A DNA stretch of 63,847 bases, the filler included, from Choristocarpus tenellus KU-1152 (taxonomy: Eukaryota; Protista; Phaeophyceae), in assembly GCA_964200185.2 (NCBI GenBank). It is 13 parts of 13 records of this genome, joined end to end, with 100 filler letters (N's around TTAATTAATTAA, not from the genome) between each part and the next. Parts side by side here need not be neighbours in the genome. Positions count along the whole stretch, not along the records: positions 23,279 to 30,408 come from CAXNAD020006641.1; positions 30,509 to 38,693 come from CAXNAD020005033.1; 11 more parts are not named here. The stretch is one strand, 5' to 3'. The position numbers and the translations under genes were made by a program. Positions 23,389-37,900 of this stretch are shown here, one piece after another. Position 1 is the stretch's first letter. Each line of letters opens with the position of its first letter. The notes under the pieces were generated by a model that made no database searches, had not been told where the DNA came from, and was given only the letters and a program-made list of their open reading frames with translations.

Positions 23389-25559
23389 ACCATGAGACAG
23401 TCGTAGGGGTCCTAAAACCTTTAAGGCACCCCCTTCTTGGATGGTATCACTCAATAATACTCTGGAGTAGAACAAAATATGTATCATACCAGTTTAGAAA
23501 AATGGTAGATGGGATGGATGGATGAGGTTATAATCAAATGGGACGTGATGTAATCAGGCTTCATCAGGAAACAAGATGAACTGGACAATATTCCTTTTCT
23601 TGCAGCTGCTGGGTATTTTATACTCTTCAGCGAGGGTGATGGCGAGAAGGGAATACATGATCTCGGACTGGTGGCGCTTCAGTTTTTGGACGTAAAGGAA
23701 GTCTGTGATCGGTAGTGCATCAGCTAGCGAATGATGAAAGTGAGGGCAGCCCTAAAAAATACTTTGAACATGGGCACGTTCGTGGTGGAGGATGTTCCAA
23801 TGGAGTCAATGGGCAAAGACCGGAAAGGGGAAGACAATAATAGTGCGGAGAAGGACAAGGTCCGGGTGACCCTACAAGGAGCAGGTGGTGCCATCCAAGG
23901 ATAAACGGTTTGTGTTCATCAGGGAAGGAGGATTATTGAAGGGGGGTCGATCAGTGACAACCTGGTCTTTGGAGGTACAGATATTGAAGGGAAATCATCA
24001 CATAATCTAAATCGTGTCAAAATCGGCACGAATCTTATCTCAGATTTGAACTCAATCTGAGGAAATGAGTGCAGAGGAGAGTGATGATGCAGTTTGATCC
24101 ACAAACAAACAAATATCAGAGTTGAGGACTGCAGAAACTAATTATATTGCTGATAAACTCCTTGCCGTTTGAAGAGTGTAAAAACTGCGTTTTTTTACAT
24201 TGAAATGGTTCCACTTTATGGAAAAGGGTAGGGATCTCGCAGTTCTTGTATGATTGAAAACAATAAAAGAAAGCACCCAGCAGTCACGTGCTTACATCTA
24301 TTTTAATACAGATGGTTTCGCTATGCCCTATCATCGTGTGTATAGAAGGAGTACAAGCAAAAAACTTGAAAGACACACCTGCCCCTATATGGTTTGAAAA
24401 TATTCCGCATGTCGCCATTTATTTTATAAGTGCAGTGGAAGCTCAGAAATTGTTTAAGAAGGGTGTCATCTATGGTTGGCAAGTCTGTCCAAATTACAAC
24501 AGTGGTCCAGAAGGAGATGTGGTGGTGTGGTGAGTGAGTTGGTGTGCAACCCACCAAACAAAAAGTTGAACTAACAGTTAGTTGAATGTAGAACAAGCCA
24601 ACTTCTTGAATATTTTAATATTTATGGAGGGAGAGGTTCCAAGTTCATGCTCGCGTTACACAAAAAAAGTTAGCATCAACCCAGCACAAGCGCTTCAATC
24701 TTTCTTTCCACCACCTGCCTGTGAAGTGATTTGTTCTGTAATAATGTGTTGCGCAGGACTTGATTATATCATCTATCTATAAATTTCCTCATGGGAAACA
24801 CGTCTGCGGTAGGTATTGCAACCTTCTTGGAGAGGGCACGGATGGAAGGGATTCCCCTTGCTTGCGCTTGCTGCATAATAGGCTATGTGCTTGGGTGCAC
24901 TTCATCTACTGTTGCTGGCTAGAGTGCAACTTCTGTGTGACTGAGCAAGTAGTGGGTTCCACAAGAGAGAGGGCATCAATGGACCCAGCTCAGACACCTT
25001 AAGGAGGGTAGTAGTAACGGCTATGCTTATTACAAGGTAGTACTAACACCGATCACCGGACGTGAATAGTACAATACACCCTTACTATTCATAGCATGCA
25101 CACCGACACTACCAGCAGTAGTATTAATGTTGGTGTTATCAAGTTGTTAGGTTCCTTACATTGGAGAGTGTTAGGACGTAGTACCATTATGTAACTCGAC
25201 ATCTGGTACTACGGAATATCGTATGTTTTTGGTATGGAGTGTTGCGTGCAAAACATAAGTGTATATATTATTGTCCTTTCACAGTATTTGCGTATGCATC
25301 AGGGGAAAAGTTAATTCAATATCATCACAACAATGACTCCTGTATAAGTAACACTTGTAAATGTGAAAGATATCCCTCCAAAACCTATTTACAATTTGAG
25401 TACCAGGTATATTATTCTACCACTCACTCCCATGAAAACTCGTACTTACAATGTGATGTGTACACTTCTATGCCTCCAACCTAGCTTAGCCTTATACCGC
25501 AGGGCAAGGAGCTAGGGAAGCATCCCAATAATCTGACAGGCCTCTTGCCAATCTCACTG

Positions 25560-25790
25560 ATCTCTCCAGCTTAAAACGCATAACGTGTCTTGAGAGAGCC
25601 ACTTGTGTAGTGATAGACACTATCTGTGGTGAGAGGGATTTGACAGCTTTTTTCCCCTGCTGCTGTAACCTCCAGGGCCTCTCCTCTCTACTACTGTGTG
25701 TGTAGCCAACTCATCCAGAAAAATTTCTGCTTGCTTACCGAAGCGCCCAAAACTTTCCACCACGAAGGTGTTGAGATTAAATCAACGATA
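25560..25790 (-). mobile_element. Second CRE/R2-like non-LTR 3' fragment
   Basis: Nucleotide match to 5400-5540 (GGATTTGACAGCTT; GTAGCCAACTCATCCAGAAAA; GCGCCCAAAACTTTCC). Translates to ESFGRFGKQAEIFLDELATH and QIVSITTQVALSRHVMRFKL. Confidence 0.65.
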
Positions 25791-26221
25791 ATAAAAAAAA
25801 GAAGTGTTGTATGTGTTTTGGGACTTGAGTGTTATATGTGTAACATACATAGTGTTGACGCTATGTTGTTTAAGGTTTGGAATTTTTGAGTTTGAATTGA
25901 ACACAAATTTAAAAACTACAAAGAAATACTACACTATATACTGTACCATTGTTTGTCGTACCCTTCTGTACACAACTCACCATTCAAACTGCTAGTCCTA
26001 TCAATTTTAACAATCAAAACATTACCATGGGACCAGAGACTGGTGTACGTAATGCAGACACACACGACCAGAGAGCCTACGAGTTCTTTAGGTGAGTCCT
26101 ACTGTTGCATTGTTATGATGCCAGGGATGACACAGAGTCTGTTGGTTGACTGAACAGCAAAGTTATGGCGTGCTTGGTTTGTGTGCACAAGACTTTTTGA
26201 CCAACAATCGATGCTCAACAG

Positions 26222-27445
26222 GTCGATTGGTTCGCCATCACGAGTCGTCGCGCCCATGGTGGACCAGTCAGAACTTCCGTTCCGACTCCTTTGCAGGCGT
26301 TATGGCGGAATGCTGTGTTACACGCCAATGTACAACAGTCGTTGTTTTGCAACCAGCAGGTAATGTATATGGTTTTACTGCTACCTTTGGTATTTGGGTT
26401 GGAAAGAGGGAAGAAACGGTTATTCTTGCGTTGGTCACTAGAGACGATGGCGTGATAAAGACTAAGTTGACGAGATTGCAAACCTCGGTGGTAGTACTGC
26501 GAGGTATCAAGGTTCTGAGCTGTCAAGGTTCTGAGCTTCTCAAGGTTTGAAATCGCATCAAACGTCACCATTTTAGGCGAAGGAGGCCGCTCCATGGGTA
26601 TTTCTCGCAAGAATTTCCCATGCCAAGCTGGCCCTCTTATTACCGTGCTCTTATTACCGCGCCCTTATTACCGCGCCGCTGGTGGTGTGCGCAAGTCATA
26701 TGCTTGACGCTATAGCATAACGATGGAAGATCTGACCTGGATGCAAGACCAGTCGAAGTTTTCATAACAAATACTCCAAAACTAGGAATAGTAGTGGGTT
26801 CAGTAAATCTTGTGGGCTCGGAGTTACGCTGGTGAAATGTGTGTGTGTGTGTATGGCGTGCTTGGAGAAAGTAGGATTAGGAGTGGTTTGTATTGGTGAA
26901 CGGTGGCCTTCCGTCACGTCTGCTTTTGTAAAGAGTTAAAATGTATATTAGTGTAATAGCTCTTTATATGATGTAAATATACATTTAATTGTATATTTAA
27001 CACTCTTCTTTCAGTCTTAGCCTTTATCATACTGATCAGAAAGGTAATGTCGCCCTGACCTCACTTGTCCTACTCAATAGTTATTGGATCGTATGACCTT
27101 GCATTTTACATGTTCTGTGCAAGTTGTGCAAGGAAATCGTTCGAGCATGCTCACCCCTTCCTCTTCCATTGCAATGGGAGGTATTAGGTGCAGTGCGCTT
27201 TGTAATTATGTCTGTTTCCCTCCTGGAACAAAAGCACTTCAAGCCTTCCCCTTTTGGTGGGGTTTCTCTGTTCTTGTTTCTGTCTATTATGTGTGTCCTC
27301 CTCCAGCACTTACCGCGAGAGCAACTTCGACCCCCATCCTGAGGACCGGCCTCTGATAGTCCAGTTCTGTGGCAATGATCCAGAAACCCTCCTCGCTGCT
27401 GCTAAATTTGTGGAAGGTTCCTGCGATGCGGTGGACATTAATCTG
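26222..27445 (+). CDS. DUS1: tRNA-dihydrouridine synthase (DUS1-like), partial; exons 26222-26359, 27307-27445
   Basis: VAPMVDQSELPFRLLCRRYG..LCYTPM and EDRPLIVQFCGNDPETLLAAAKFVEGSCDAVDINL. The phase-2 intron joins in frame. Confidence 0.92.
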
Positions 27446-30400
27446 GTAGGGTTTCTGTTTTTCACTTCTAAATCAAACCATTCTGTGCTAATAATTTATC
27501 AGAGACTAGAAGTGGTGCTTACAGCTGCAGCATTTGAGCTGTTCGCTGTTACATATTTTTTATTCCCTGCTTGCTGTAGATCTCGTCTCTACACAACAAA
27601 CTACACGGCATCCGCAACTTGTCACTTCCTCAATACAAATCATGGGGTACATTTGCATCAAGTTTTGAAATGATTGATAAAACCTGCTTATTTTTCTCCT
27701 AAACAGTAGGTAGTCATAATGAGACAGGTGGAAAGTGAGAGACGTAGAATTGTAAGCCTCAGCCAAGATGAGATACAAGCAAACACTCTCTCCGCAACCA
27801 CTCCTGTGTGGGATTGCTCGACACCTCAAGGGGCTTCTAAAACGAAAATTATTATTTTTTTAAATTGGGATTAAATATGTGAACACAGGATGAGGCACCT
27901 GTCAGAGGACCCAATTTTGTTGTGACTGCTGCTGCTGATGAATCAATCGTGGGTTGAAAGACTTGCCACAACAATGAGCCATTGTGGGTCAATTGGGATG
28001 CTGATTCAAATACAACCGCCAAATGGTCTCCCTATTGTAGAGCATAAAGGGACATCAGAGAGTTGGTATACTAAAGATGTTTTGGTCATTTCAGGGCTGT
28101 GCAGGTAGTATTAAGGAGGCAAGTGATTCAATCGTGTTTGCACGTGACCCTGATGATGGAAGACTCGGCATGTCCTCTAGGCTAGGATGTGATGGACCTC
28201 TTCAAGTCTCGGGACGATGGTCCGCTGCGACTTAAAAAACAAAAGCAAGTGACCCCAGGTGACCAGCTGCCAAACACATTTAGGTATAGCCCAGAGGTAT
28301 AGGCCAGAGACCAGGAGTACAGCCCTAAGACACCGAACGAACGAAGCGACCATTCCGGCAGTGCAGATAAATCGCCGTCAGAGCACCATCTATGTTGGCC
28401 AGGCCTGTGCCACATGCACATACTTGAGGACACACACACACACACATTCACACACAGCATGATCTACCGTGAATCCAGGGGAGTAGGCTTTGCTCACTCA
28501 GTTGGGCTGGGAGACAAGTCTTGGCTGGGGGGAAGCGACCTAAGCTCACGCCTGCTCCGTAGTTGATTGGACAAGCGCTGGTGTCTACGTTGCAGTGATG
28601 GAGCCTCCTCCTGTTATCTTCAGTAAGAAAATGGACTCTGATGTGATGGTTTGTCGTGTTTCATAGGCACCCTGGGGGGGTACTACCAGGCTGACGCAGA
28701 GCGCCCGAAATGCGGCATTGGGATAGGAAGCAGTTCACGGCATTTGGGGCTCTCTGTTGTGGATAGAAGCCATGGGAGAATGGATGCCTATTGCTTGACA
28801 TTTGAGAACTTGGATGAGACAACCTGAAGATCCTTTGTGCTGCTGAATCTCTCCCCTGTTGGCCGGGGTTGTTGGACCAATGCCAGCGGGTGCCCTCTGA
28901 AGTAGGTTTTCGGAATTCGGCGCATTCAGCTGCGGCGGTGAGTCCGGTCTTCATGTTGAGGTAGACTGCTGTGTAGCGGAGATCCATCGTTAATAAAAAA
29001 ATATGTTTGTTTGTTTGAGCCTTTGAGAAAAAAGAAAATTAGTAAATAGGTTTGTGTTAAGGTACGGCCTCTCTACATGTGATCCGGGCTACAAGCTTGC
29101 AATGAGGGAGAGAGAGAGGTGTGATGCACTCTGCAATTTTTGTTTTTGTTTTCAAATCTACACCAATGGCAGGTTGGTAGTGGTTGTGCAGAGGGTGAAC
29201 ACTTTTTTTTTTTTAAGAGTAGATGGATGTGTTTTTTTTTTTAATTTGGTTTTTGTGTAACCTTCACTTTCCGAGGACAAGAACTGGAGGGTTCTGGGGT
29301 AGGGCGCTTGGTGGAGAGAGTAGGCTTATCGATGAACCCTCCGAAATTTTCATGTGGAGGAAGTATCTGTTCTGGTCTAAAATAGGTATAATTTGGATGA
29401 GAGATACCTGTTTTTGTTGTTTGTACTTGGTGAGTGATGTGCACATCATAGGGTGTACCCTTTGAGGGTAGAGTAATAGATTTCAGATATTCCCCCCCCG
29501 CCCCCGGCGCTACCCTCTCCGAACAGCCGCAACGCTCGCCCACGCCCCACGTCCCCCGTCGAAACCTTCGCTCCTGTAAAATGTGTGACAGGGATGCCCT
29601 CAGGGGATTGCTCGAAGAGGAAGGTATGGGGCTTTTCTTCTCAGGGAGTGGGCCCTGCTAAGGGACATTGTTAGCACACTGAGCAGGTCAGATCAAACGC
29701 CTTTTTGTGGAGGTTCGGTGGGGTAGGTTGGTTGTGTTGGCTAGTGGCAATTCGCCTCTGCTTCCTTTCCCCCCCCTTTTCCCCATCCGCTGTTGACGTT
29801 CTGACAAACGTTTTTATCTCACAGAGAGCAAGTGGAAGAAGTTCAGGGGGAGGGAGGGTTATTAACACTGTTTAGAACAATAGTGGCAATGTGTGTACCC
29901 GATATATATATATATGTGTGTGTGTGTGTGTATGTCTTCCCGCAGTATGAGTCGGAGGGGGGGTTGGCCTCCATCGGGTTCCTTGTGAAGAGTTGACCCT
30001 GTTGGATATTTCAATGTCAGTCATTCCCCTCTCGAGCGCACCTCTAGCATGGTCCAAAGCAGAAACGCCTTCGATGTGGTAGTTGGTACGATCTGTGAAG
30101 ATGACTCGTTACGGCGCATTGAGACACGTATGCTGATAACTATACACAGAATCGTTCCTCCAACACTTTTAACAACTTTTTTTTTTTTGTGAAGACATTT
30201 TTCACTGGGCCAGTGAATTAAGAACTGTCCTGTCTCCCGGCTGTATATCGGTCCCATGATTCTCTGACCGGTACTGAAGCAGTTCGCGTCTCCCCGGCAG
30301 ACCTGGCGAACATTCTCTAACATGTTCGGGCTGTGTGGACTGGGTACTGTACGGGTCCATTTCTGCCAGTCGGACCGGGTCTATTGTTTTCAAACATGTC

Positions 30401-30508
30401 CGGACCACNNNNNNNNNNNNNNNNNNNNNNNNNNNNNNNNNNNNNNNNNNNNTTAATTAATTAANNNNNNNNNNNNNNNNNNNNNNNNNNNNNNNNNNNN
30501 NNNNNNNN

Positions 30509-30552
30509 GCCCCCAAATGGACGCGGCCCTACCCCCTAAGATACTTTGGCTC
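30509..30552 (+). mobile_element. MITE family A right end at contig start
   Basis: CCCCAAATGGACGCGGCCCTACCCCCTAAGATACTTTGGCTC. Confidence 0.75.
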
Positions 30553-31915
30553 ACTCGAGAGTGAAACCGCCTAACTGGGGGGTCAATACTGGTTCTATTG
30601 ATTCTTAGCTGCGATTTGTCCCCAATAGAAGGATGCGACTGAAGAGGAGAAAACTTATTATCCAAGAGCACCCTCCAGAGTACTCAAAACGCATACACCA
30701 CAGGCAATCATTGTTGATCTAAGACCCCAAAAACCTCCCCCTCCTCTTCAATGGCATCTCCCTTTAAATATTCAGCGCATGCCGCCTGTGCCCTAGGAGA
30801 AGAACACACTTCAGTATTCAAGAAGAGTTTGTTCGCAGTGCTGTTTTTTTTTTTTTTTTTTTTAGCGTTTTTGCTTCACTGTGAGCCTCTCGTTGAGTAG
30901 AAATAGATTGGTTTTTTCTGTTTCGGAGAGCGATAGTCACCAGATTTTCGTTGAGAACACCTTACGTACGAGTGTCTCTTGCCTGCTTCCCTTCAGTTGC
31001 AGTGCAGTTGCAGCTGTTGCAAACAACCTTTCCTTCTTTTTTGTTTTTCCTTCTTGTAAAAGGCAGCAGTGCGATATGCACTACTGGGCCTTGCTTTCTG
31101 GTAAATTGAGCGCACCAACGCTTGCATGCGTTTTTTGATCGGCATCATTTCAACTTGTTGTCTCCTTTGCCAGGGAAACAGATGGCCTGTACATTAGGGA
31201 CTTATTTCTGCGATACATGTTTTTTGAAATGGAGGGGAGGACCATAAGTTGGTTTTGAGCATCCCACTTTAGTTTCTATTTTTTTTCTTCAATAGGATAT
31301 TCCTGGACACAGTGATGACCCAATTTTGACATATTTTCTTGATGTTTTCCAGGAGAGTCTTTCGTTTGCTCAAGCTCAGTAAATGTTCGACCACATGCTT
31401 GATATATACATAACCCCAACCACCAACAGAGCAACGACATATACATATAGTTACCGACATCTCAACCACAACCCTGTCGATCACCATACATGCACGCCTC
31501 CAGAGCCCTCCCTACACCTGAGCCCGATCCACCTATCCATGTTTACCTTGGGGTCAACCCCAACTACCCACTTTAGCCCTCAATTTTATACCTCACAACT
31601 TGCTGGATGAAGAATGCAGCGCATCATACAGAACATACTACCGGTGGGAAAGAAGCGACTGTTGAGGAAGACGGTAAAAGCAATAGCCATCCAGAAGGCT
31701 TTTCGAGGGCAGAGGAATCACACTCGGTGAGAGAGGGTGCGTTAGAACTCATCCCTAGCTTCAATTCATCTATGCACCTCTGTCATCCAGATGAAACGTG
31801 ACTTGTTACATGTCTACCTCTCAACTCTGCTACTCCAAGACTTGTTCTTGTCCATACCTTTCGTCGGCTGATCGTTCTTCGTGTGTGTGAATTTGGTTGA
31901 CAACAAAATTGGCAG

Positions 31916-34900
31916 TTACAAGGCAATGCACCACCTAGCTCGAGCAATTCAAGCTATCATTCGTGGCAGGCTGGGTCGCCGCCAGTACGATATTATCTGT
32001 AGGAGATCTCAGTCCCTCGGAGAGGAGAGGCTGGTAGGAAAACTCTTGTACCAAGCTGTCCTGCGAAAAAGAGAAGAAGAGGAGTTGGTTTCTGGAGCGA
32101 GATCGGAGGACATCAGTGAGGGGATGGAACTACACAAGGTTGACATAGAAGGATATCATAGTTGGGTTGGTGTAGTAGGGGATGTGATACCAGGGATGAG
32201 TAAATGGCATTCTAGGTCTCTTGAGCTTCTGTTCAAAATTGTTGGGATTGTATTTGTTAGTTTGAACATATGTGTTGGTCAGTGGAAACTCAGTTGTAGA
32301 ATTCTTGTAGTCAACCCGGTTGCTATGAATGACTTACAAGGTTCATTGGCACTTTCGAAGTTGGCAGCAACCAGATTGCAGAACCTTGCTTGGCCGAGAT
32401 GCAAGCTGCTTGCTTTGTTCAGGGATTATCAATATTCTTGACTATGGGTATACTTTCCAATTTGTTCAGATGTCACTCGCAAACCTAGGAATTGTGTTGC
32501 ATTCTTGAAAAAAATCACGATTGTGTGCCATGTGGTGTACTTGATTAGGTGCATGGTTGTAGTTTTTTTACTCTCCTGATCCAGACCCTAAACCTAATTG
32601 GTATTGTAATGGGTGTTGAATCAAGTATCGTCAACACCTGAGACAATACCTATCTTGCCAAGAAAATTTGGCTATGTCTAGTACTGCGAGGAATCCAGAG
32701 AACCCTCAACCTTTGAACCAAACACCAAACACTTAATACCCAACAACAAACACCGAAATTACTGTTTAGTCATGGAGGGGGTAGATAGCAAAGACAATTT
32801 TGGTAGACAGGGAAAGATATTGAGAAAACAACACAAAACCAAATAAAACAAAAAAAATGTATTGGATCAATGAGGCGAGTGATGACAGGAGTATTGGATG
32901 AAATTCTCATGGTGGATTGGTGATTGGAATCTGGGATTATTATATATATATGCATATATAGTGAGGATACAAATGGGTGCTCGGTAAGGGTTGTTTTCCT
33001 CATGATGTGCGCAATACCAGTGTGGATAAGCTGTGAAAAAAAATTTGAAGCACAGCTTCAATCACAACTCTGGCAGGTACTATCTATCCTTAATTTCTTG
33101 TTCCGACTAATGATGTAGTTGATCTTTTCTTGTGATGTGGAACTATAATGACCGGTGCCTTGTTTTCCTCTACTAACTGTAAGGAGCACTCCATTTCTGT
33201 CCGAGTCTTCAACATGCAGCACAGCTAGCTGCACCCCGTGCCTCATTCCACCCTGCTACTGTGTGAACCTTTATTGTTCAATATGTGTATTGTTTGTCCT
33301 GCTACACGCATTAGATGTGAACAACCCACCATTCTGTTGTGAATGTGTTTCCTCGTGTAAGTGTAAGAGTATGTATGTGTATGTGTATGTGTATGTGTAT
33401 GTGACTGTCTGTGTGTGCCCTTACACGTGTGGGTATGGTTGTGGGTTTGTGCGTTCAGGTGTTCATGGCATATTGTCGCTTTGGCGACCGCCGCAGCGAC
33501 AGTACTCGACTACACTTGGGCAAGCTTGTTTCACTATTCAAGGACTCTGGCCTGCTAGAGGATAAGCAGTTTCCCAAGCAGAGAATTGAGATATCATATT
33601 CTCGCCTCAAGCCCATGGTGAGCAAGCATTACTTTTGCCCAGTCCATTGCTTGCTCTTTCACGCAGACTTCATGGCTCACGCTATTGTTCCCCTTAGTTG
33701 CCAACGAACTGAATACTATAATAATGTGAGGTTGTACTGAGGTAGGTCTCAAGGGTTGAGGACTACTTGTAAATTTCCTGTCTGCTCGTCCAAAGATTGT
33801 ACCCCCAACAAATTCTTTCTGATTTTCATTGACTAAAATATTTTGGTTTCATGAGTAGTTTGGGTTCTGGCTATACTATTCAAGGACGCTACTGAGCACA
33901 CTTTGACGTGAGAGTGTCACTCCATCCTCAAGCCCTAACCTAAATATAATTCTTAGTGACATTTCAATCAGGGCATTAATCTTCTGTATACATAGATCTA
34001 TACACCAAATATTGACCCCCTGTCATCCTGCAAAATGTCCAACCCTGGAGTACATCAGGGCCCATTTTTCCTGATCCTCTCTCACCTCCCCCTTTGTTTC
34101 CCTTCTGCTTCAATGTACCATATCCCTTCGGATTGGGTATATTTTTTACAATCATTTTTGCCCCCCATGCTCAGGGCCAGAAGTACATTCTGTATGGCCA
34201 CTTCTTGGCGGTGTTGGATGACCTCTTAGTGCAACATCGAGGGGTGAAGAAAGCAGCAGAAGCAAGCAGTCGTAGTGGTGGTGGGAGCACTGGGGCAAAT
34301 TGGGTGCCCTTGGCTTACATGGCTCCAGATGATGTACGCCTGCTCATTCTCCTGGAAAAATTCGTTTTGAGATCAGAGGTTGGTAGGCAGGTGAGTACAA
34401 GCAATGTGCACTTGGTTTTGGACAAGTGGCAAAGGATGGGAGGGGTGGCCAATGGTTATACTTCAAAGAACAAGACAGACAAAGCAAGAAGAGTGCACCT
34501 GTGTCTCAAGAAGACAGGATGAATGTCTTACTGGCGTACAGTGGGATATATTGGAAGGATTATCACCCTTCACCGAGGGTTTCTGGTAGTGGGTAGGCAA
34601 TATGACATCGAAGGGTGCCTTTCCTCAAGCCTGCACCTCTTCTGAGGTTTGAGCCTTGATACTCGGATCCACTAGCGTTGACTAGCTACTACTTCGTACA
34701 TGTGTAGCACCACATTAACAGCTCCGACAATTGAAGTTGTCATACAAGGACGGTAACACTGAAATCTGAACCTAAAATATCATTTGGGTGGGTTTTGCGA
34801 GAGATGGTAGCAGTTTAGACATGATTTCGTGGGCGAGCACTTCCTGCTCATTAGCGGGGTCTCCCTTGATTAGGTAATGCTACACTCCATGAGCAATACA

Positions 34901-37900
34901 CTATGGGATCGCTGGTGCTGGCTACACAGTCGAACATTCAAAGAGTCACTGGAAATCATATGGTGTAATCATTTCGTGTTTGTATGTTCTACTAGTTCAC
35001 ATCCAACCACTACCCCTTGGTCTCTATGTTGTTATTATGTAAGACTTACCACTAGTACAAAGTTTTGTAAAGGTACCTCTAACAACTGGGACAATGCAAG
35101 TGATAACATCAAGTATGGTCTACACCAAGGTGTCCATTTGTGCCATGATCATGAAAATTGCACTCACATTATCCATCCGACATATGCAACCAAATCACCC
35201 AAAAACCTCAACATGGAAAAATGGACCCCAAATGGACAGCCACCACCTCCCCTCAGATACTTCAAGCCACAGTTACACCTGCAACAGTTTCTATTTTTTC
35301 CTTGTCAGCACTATGTTTGAACAAGGAGGAGGCTAATGTCACACTATTCTCTCAGACAAGAGAATGGCAACTACTGCATACATATATATATATATTTAGA
35401 GAGAGAGATGATTTTTCTCAGTCCCTAGTGATCTCTGCCTTCTATTCCAAAACTCTTGTGACAGATACATATGATCCTTTCATAACGATTTTCCCGCTAA
35501 ACTGCCGTCAACAGGTTGAACTATTCCAAGAAGCTGTTGACGTTACTATGCACTTTGATCAAAGAGTAACCATCTAAAGGGGGGAGGTCAATCCTGTTCC
35601 TTTGAAACTTAAGACAATTATATGCTTCGTGCAATATACACTATGCCCATACCTTAAGTGCAGTTGACCCCCGTTAGGAAGGGGTAACTATAGAGAAAGA
35701 CAACCTCTGAACACATCATCATCCAAAAATGTTCTCCACAGTGTTCAAAACACATGCACCACAGGGGCAGTCATCAGGGCCCTCTAAAAAGTCGATGACA
35801 CCACCCTCTCCGATGGTATCACTCAGAGAATCGCTGGAAAGCTCTAACTAAATACCAGTCAGGATCAGAGATGATATATCAATTTCTTCCTTGAGAGGAC
35901 TCTGGAAATATCGAATTCCTGCAGAAAGAGATATTTAACGGCAACTAATATATTGGTCGGCAATTTTTGCAAGACTATTCTAAACCTATGCTCGGATCGA
36001 GCTCCTCGAGACACGGATTTCACCCACCTCTTATTTACAAAACACTAGAATTTGTTTTGCTCAGAAAAATCTCTATAATTTTCTATATGGGGAGCATTGG
36101 AAGAACATTTGATCATATTCTTGTTTCAAGAAACTAAGCTATCAATATCCTGTATCTGATCAGTTGTTGATGAAAAAGAGATAAACTCAAGATGTCTCCA
36201 TTCTTCAATGTCTTGGGGAAGACTATGGTTCTTGAGGATAAGAGGCGTGATGGTTAGATCAGTTCAGAGCTGCTCTCATTCGCTTTGTAGCTTCAGAAGC
36301 AACGAAACTTGAATATCTGGAGGTTTTGGCTCGAGCTCTGGGGTCTGTGGTACATTCCAAATCATAAATTTTTATCTGCCACCCTCCAAATATGGACTCA
36401 TTCCTGGAAACAGGTGATGACATGTATGTCAGAAGATCAATGTAAGACTTAGGAAATTTTCGATTGGTATGGCATCATTTCAGGTGGATATACCACCAGT
36501 TCAGATCAATATGCCATCGCTTTGAGATCATTTGGAACAAGAATACCCTTAATTTTATGTTCTTCACACACTCAAGTTCTTGATATCAGATTTCAAATCC
36601 TCTCATCAAGGCCTTGAATACGGTCCTTGTTTCTCGTTGAAATTTGTAGTACTTTGCAAGATACTACTCCGGAGAGAGGCGGATTTTGTTTTTGTCCTGA
36701 ACCATACAGCACCTTGTCCAGGTCAAGTAGAGCATAAACTATTCGTGTAGAGGCACAAGGAAGGAAATCGGTTAATGACAGTGTTCAGCATGCCAGGGAC
36801 ATTGGGCATGAATCATGTTTAGTTGTTGTGGTTGTACACTAGAAACATACCACCTGCAAGTCAACAATCTCGACCAATCAAGTTCAAATATAATACCCAG
36901 GGCAAAATTAGTATACCACTCTTGCTGAAGTAACTCCACATCTGTATTGACAACCTATTATCATTTTGAAGACAAGATAATGATTATCAAATCAGTGGCA
37001 TGACCAAGTCCTGGCTGGATGGGCAGCCAACCAAAATAACAAGTCGAGGTAAGTTGAATCGTTCTTCAATACCTACATGTCAAATGACACAGGTTCTTGA
37101 CAAACTATCACTGGAAAGATGTGACTTCAAGTCCCGTGCAGCAGGCCGCCTTCTGAGTGCTGCAGAAAAGATCCAATCCATGGTGAGAATGGTCTGGGCC
37201 CGCTTGGTTGTGGAGGATGTTCGGAGGAGAACAGCAGAGAGGAAGAAAAAGGAGAGGGAGATATGGGCTGTGATGACAATCCAGGGCAGGTGGGTTGATC
37301 TGCAGCAGATTATGTGTGTGTGTGTAGGATATAGGGTTGTGAAGACTAAGGATATGCTGTCATCCATGGCTAAGCTAGCTGGGGGAGTGCTGCCTCCATG
37401 TTTTACAGAAATGTAACTCTTGTCCTTGCGGGGCACTCAACATGAGTGACCTCAATAGTTGCTGTCAGATACCTACACTGTTTTTCAGTACTAGTAGACT
37501 CGAAGTATCTGGGGGGGGGGGGGGTGGCTGTCCATTTGGGTACCTCTTGCTTACGTTGGCCCATTGTCCAGCAGTTGGACTATTTGCACTGTACAGGTAG
37601 TATTCTCAACATCTTTGACTTGCCATCTTTGGCTTGCCATCTTTGGAAGCCTCCCGTGTCTCATTGTGTGGCAATTGATTTTGAAGGACCATTGTTGGGC
37701 AAGGCTGTCATCCCTCTAATACATGAACCTATCAAAGATTATCCCTCCAGTAACGCCATTCCCCTCGTTGCTGGTGTTATTACCCCAAAGTAGTACAGGC
37801 TGGCATGTGTTGAGCACTTTCAGAAGATGGAAAAATTTGCTCCATCTACTACGCCCATGTGCTTCTGAAAATTGAAATATGCTTGTCTGTAAACAAGTCT

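Noticed and set aside
21970-24560. Coding-looking fragments at 21970-22311, 22714-22938 and 23740-24533
   Set aside because: Interrupted by stops, no family recognised, and the span crosses a contig linker.
26624-26684. TTATTACCGCGCCGCTGG resembling the conserved SSU rRNA 518R site
   Set aside because: It is the last unit of a short CTTATTACCGyGC tandem repeat, with no flanking rRNA similarity.
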